From the NCBI RefSeq assembly GCF_006345805.1, contig NW_021833823.1:1-54188 (forward strand): a stretch of 54,188 nucleotides of DNA, read 5' to 3'. How positions within the stretch are numbered: position 1 is the first letter of the stretch; every line of letters starts with the position of its first letter. Origin of the DNA: Octopus sinensis. Lineage: Eukaryota. Shown piece by piece: positions 53,020 to 54,188 of the stretch. The translations under genes and the position numbers were made by a program. Under the pieces are notes generated by a model, which did no database searches, was not told where the DNA came from, and was given only the letters and a program-made list of their open reading frames with translations.

Positions 53020-53830
53020 AAAACCAACTGTTATTGAGCTTTACCTCTTTACTCCACATGATGAAATCATTATTAAGAAGGAGAGCAAATGTCTTTCTGA
53101 TTATGGTGGTATCGAGTCCTCAATCTCTCCATGGTGACCACACGTGATAATAGTGGTAAGAAACAATGAGAAACAATGCTTTGTTATCACCTACTCACAT
53201 ACAATAAATTGCTACAACTTGCTAGATGTGAATCCACTTCCTAATATTGCCGATCTCGTGCCTTCTATTTCCTGCAATAAATTCTATAGTAAATTGAATC
53301 TGAAAGCAGCATAGCATCAGATTCCACTACACAATGACAATAAGCGACACAACGCGCTTCGAGTTGATGATCGCTTATTCCAGTTTATAAGGTTAACCTT
53401 GGGCGTGTCTAATGCCGCAGGAGCTTTTCAATGTGTGATGGATGGTGTAATTCACGACAAGGATATCAAAGGAGTTCACGCCTATCTCAACGATGTTATT
53501 GTTGTCAGCAAAACTATTGAAAAGCACGAAAGGAACTTGGCTCAATTAATTTCAGGTACCAAAAGGTTCAAAATTATAATTGAACAATAACAAATGTCTT
53601 AACCACCAAACATCCATTTTGCTCTCTTGGATACAAAATGGAAAATAATTCACTGCACCTTGATCCAGAAATATTAAAAACCGTTCGTTTATTACCAAAC
53701 ACCATAGCAATACTTAACAACTGCAATATCTATGAGGTTTACGTTACCACTCTAAAATGCATGTTTTCCTTCTTGGAACTAATTCAACCAGTTTTAAATC
53801 CTACATATCTTTTACAAGAGGTCGCCTAGA
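53020..53830 (+). pseudogene. Ty3/gypsy LTR-retrotransposon reverse transcriptase remnant
   Basis: IESSISPW, TINCYNLLDVNPLPNI, SKLNLKAA*HQIPL, LGVSNAAGAFQ, AYLNDVIV (YLDD), DPE. Confidence 0.9.
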
Positions 53831-54188
53831 ATATATCCATCGGATCAAAGTTTCTATAGATAAGGCTTCTCTCTCCCAATCCCTCTCCATTCTCTCCTTA
53901 TCCCTCTACCCATCTTTCATATCATCTAAAGTGAAACTTCCAGAACCACAATTTTCACAGTTTTCTTCGGAATTATTTCTCTCTTCGAACAGAATTTCAC
54001 ATCGATTAAAATAGAAGCACGAGCTATCATAGAAATTTCTTGGAAATGAAAAACTTGTATACTTCGATGCTATTTTATAGAGCACACTGAGTGTAATATA
54101 AACTCCATTCATACTTAGTAACAAAAGTAGAAGAAAATTAATTTTTTATCATAGAAACTTCGAAGAGGCATTCGAATTCATCTCCTTT

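Overview
Eukaryotic, AT-rich, repeat-dominated intergenic or intronic DNA. The SINE families and extreme microsatellite density look like an Octopus (coleoid cephalopod) genome; this is inferred from recalled repeat families, not from a search. No host protein-coding gene can be called with confidence, and nearly all listed ORFs are translated microsatellites or TE fragments. Recognisable content: a decayed RTE-type LINE (17.9-20.7 kb), several Penelope-like element (PLE) remnants, two mariner remnants, a Ty3/gypsy RT remnant, and many tRNA-derived SINEs. The most striking feature is a set of minimal type I hammerhead ribozyme (HHR) motifs with non-canonical cores. The best case is a young array of 363-bp units at 11371-12901. 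Each unit carries an HHR with a compensatory U3-A8 core and a palindromic stem III, and the array is folded into a ~1.5-kb palindrome inside (TA)n, resembling a retrozyme or PLE-terminal-repeat self-cleaving RNA system. Other HHR variants (U4C; A6 changed) lie in further repeats, one of them a fold-back, elsewhere in the window. Coordinates were counted by hand and repeat boundaries are approximate.
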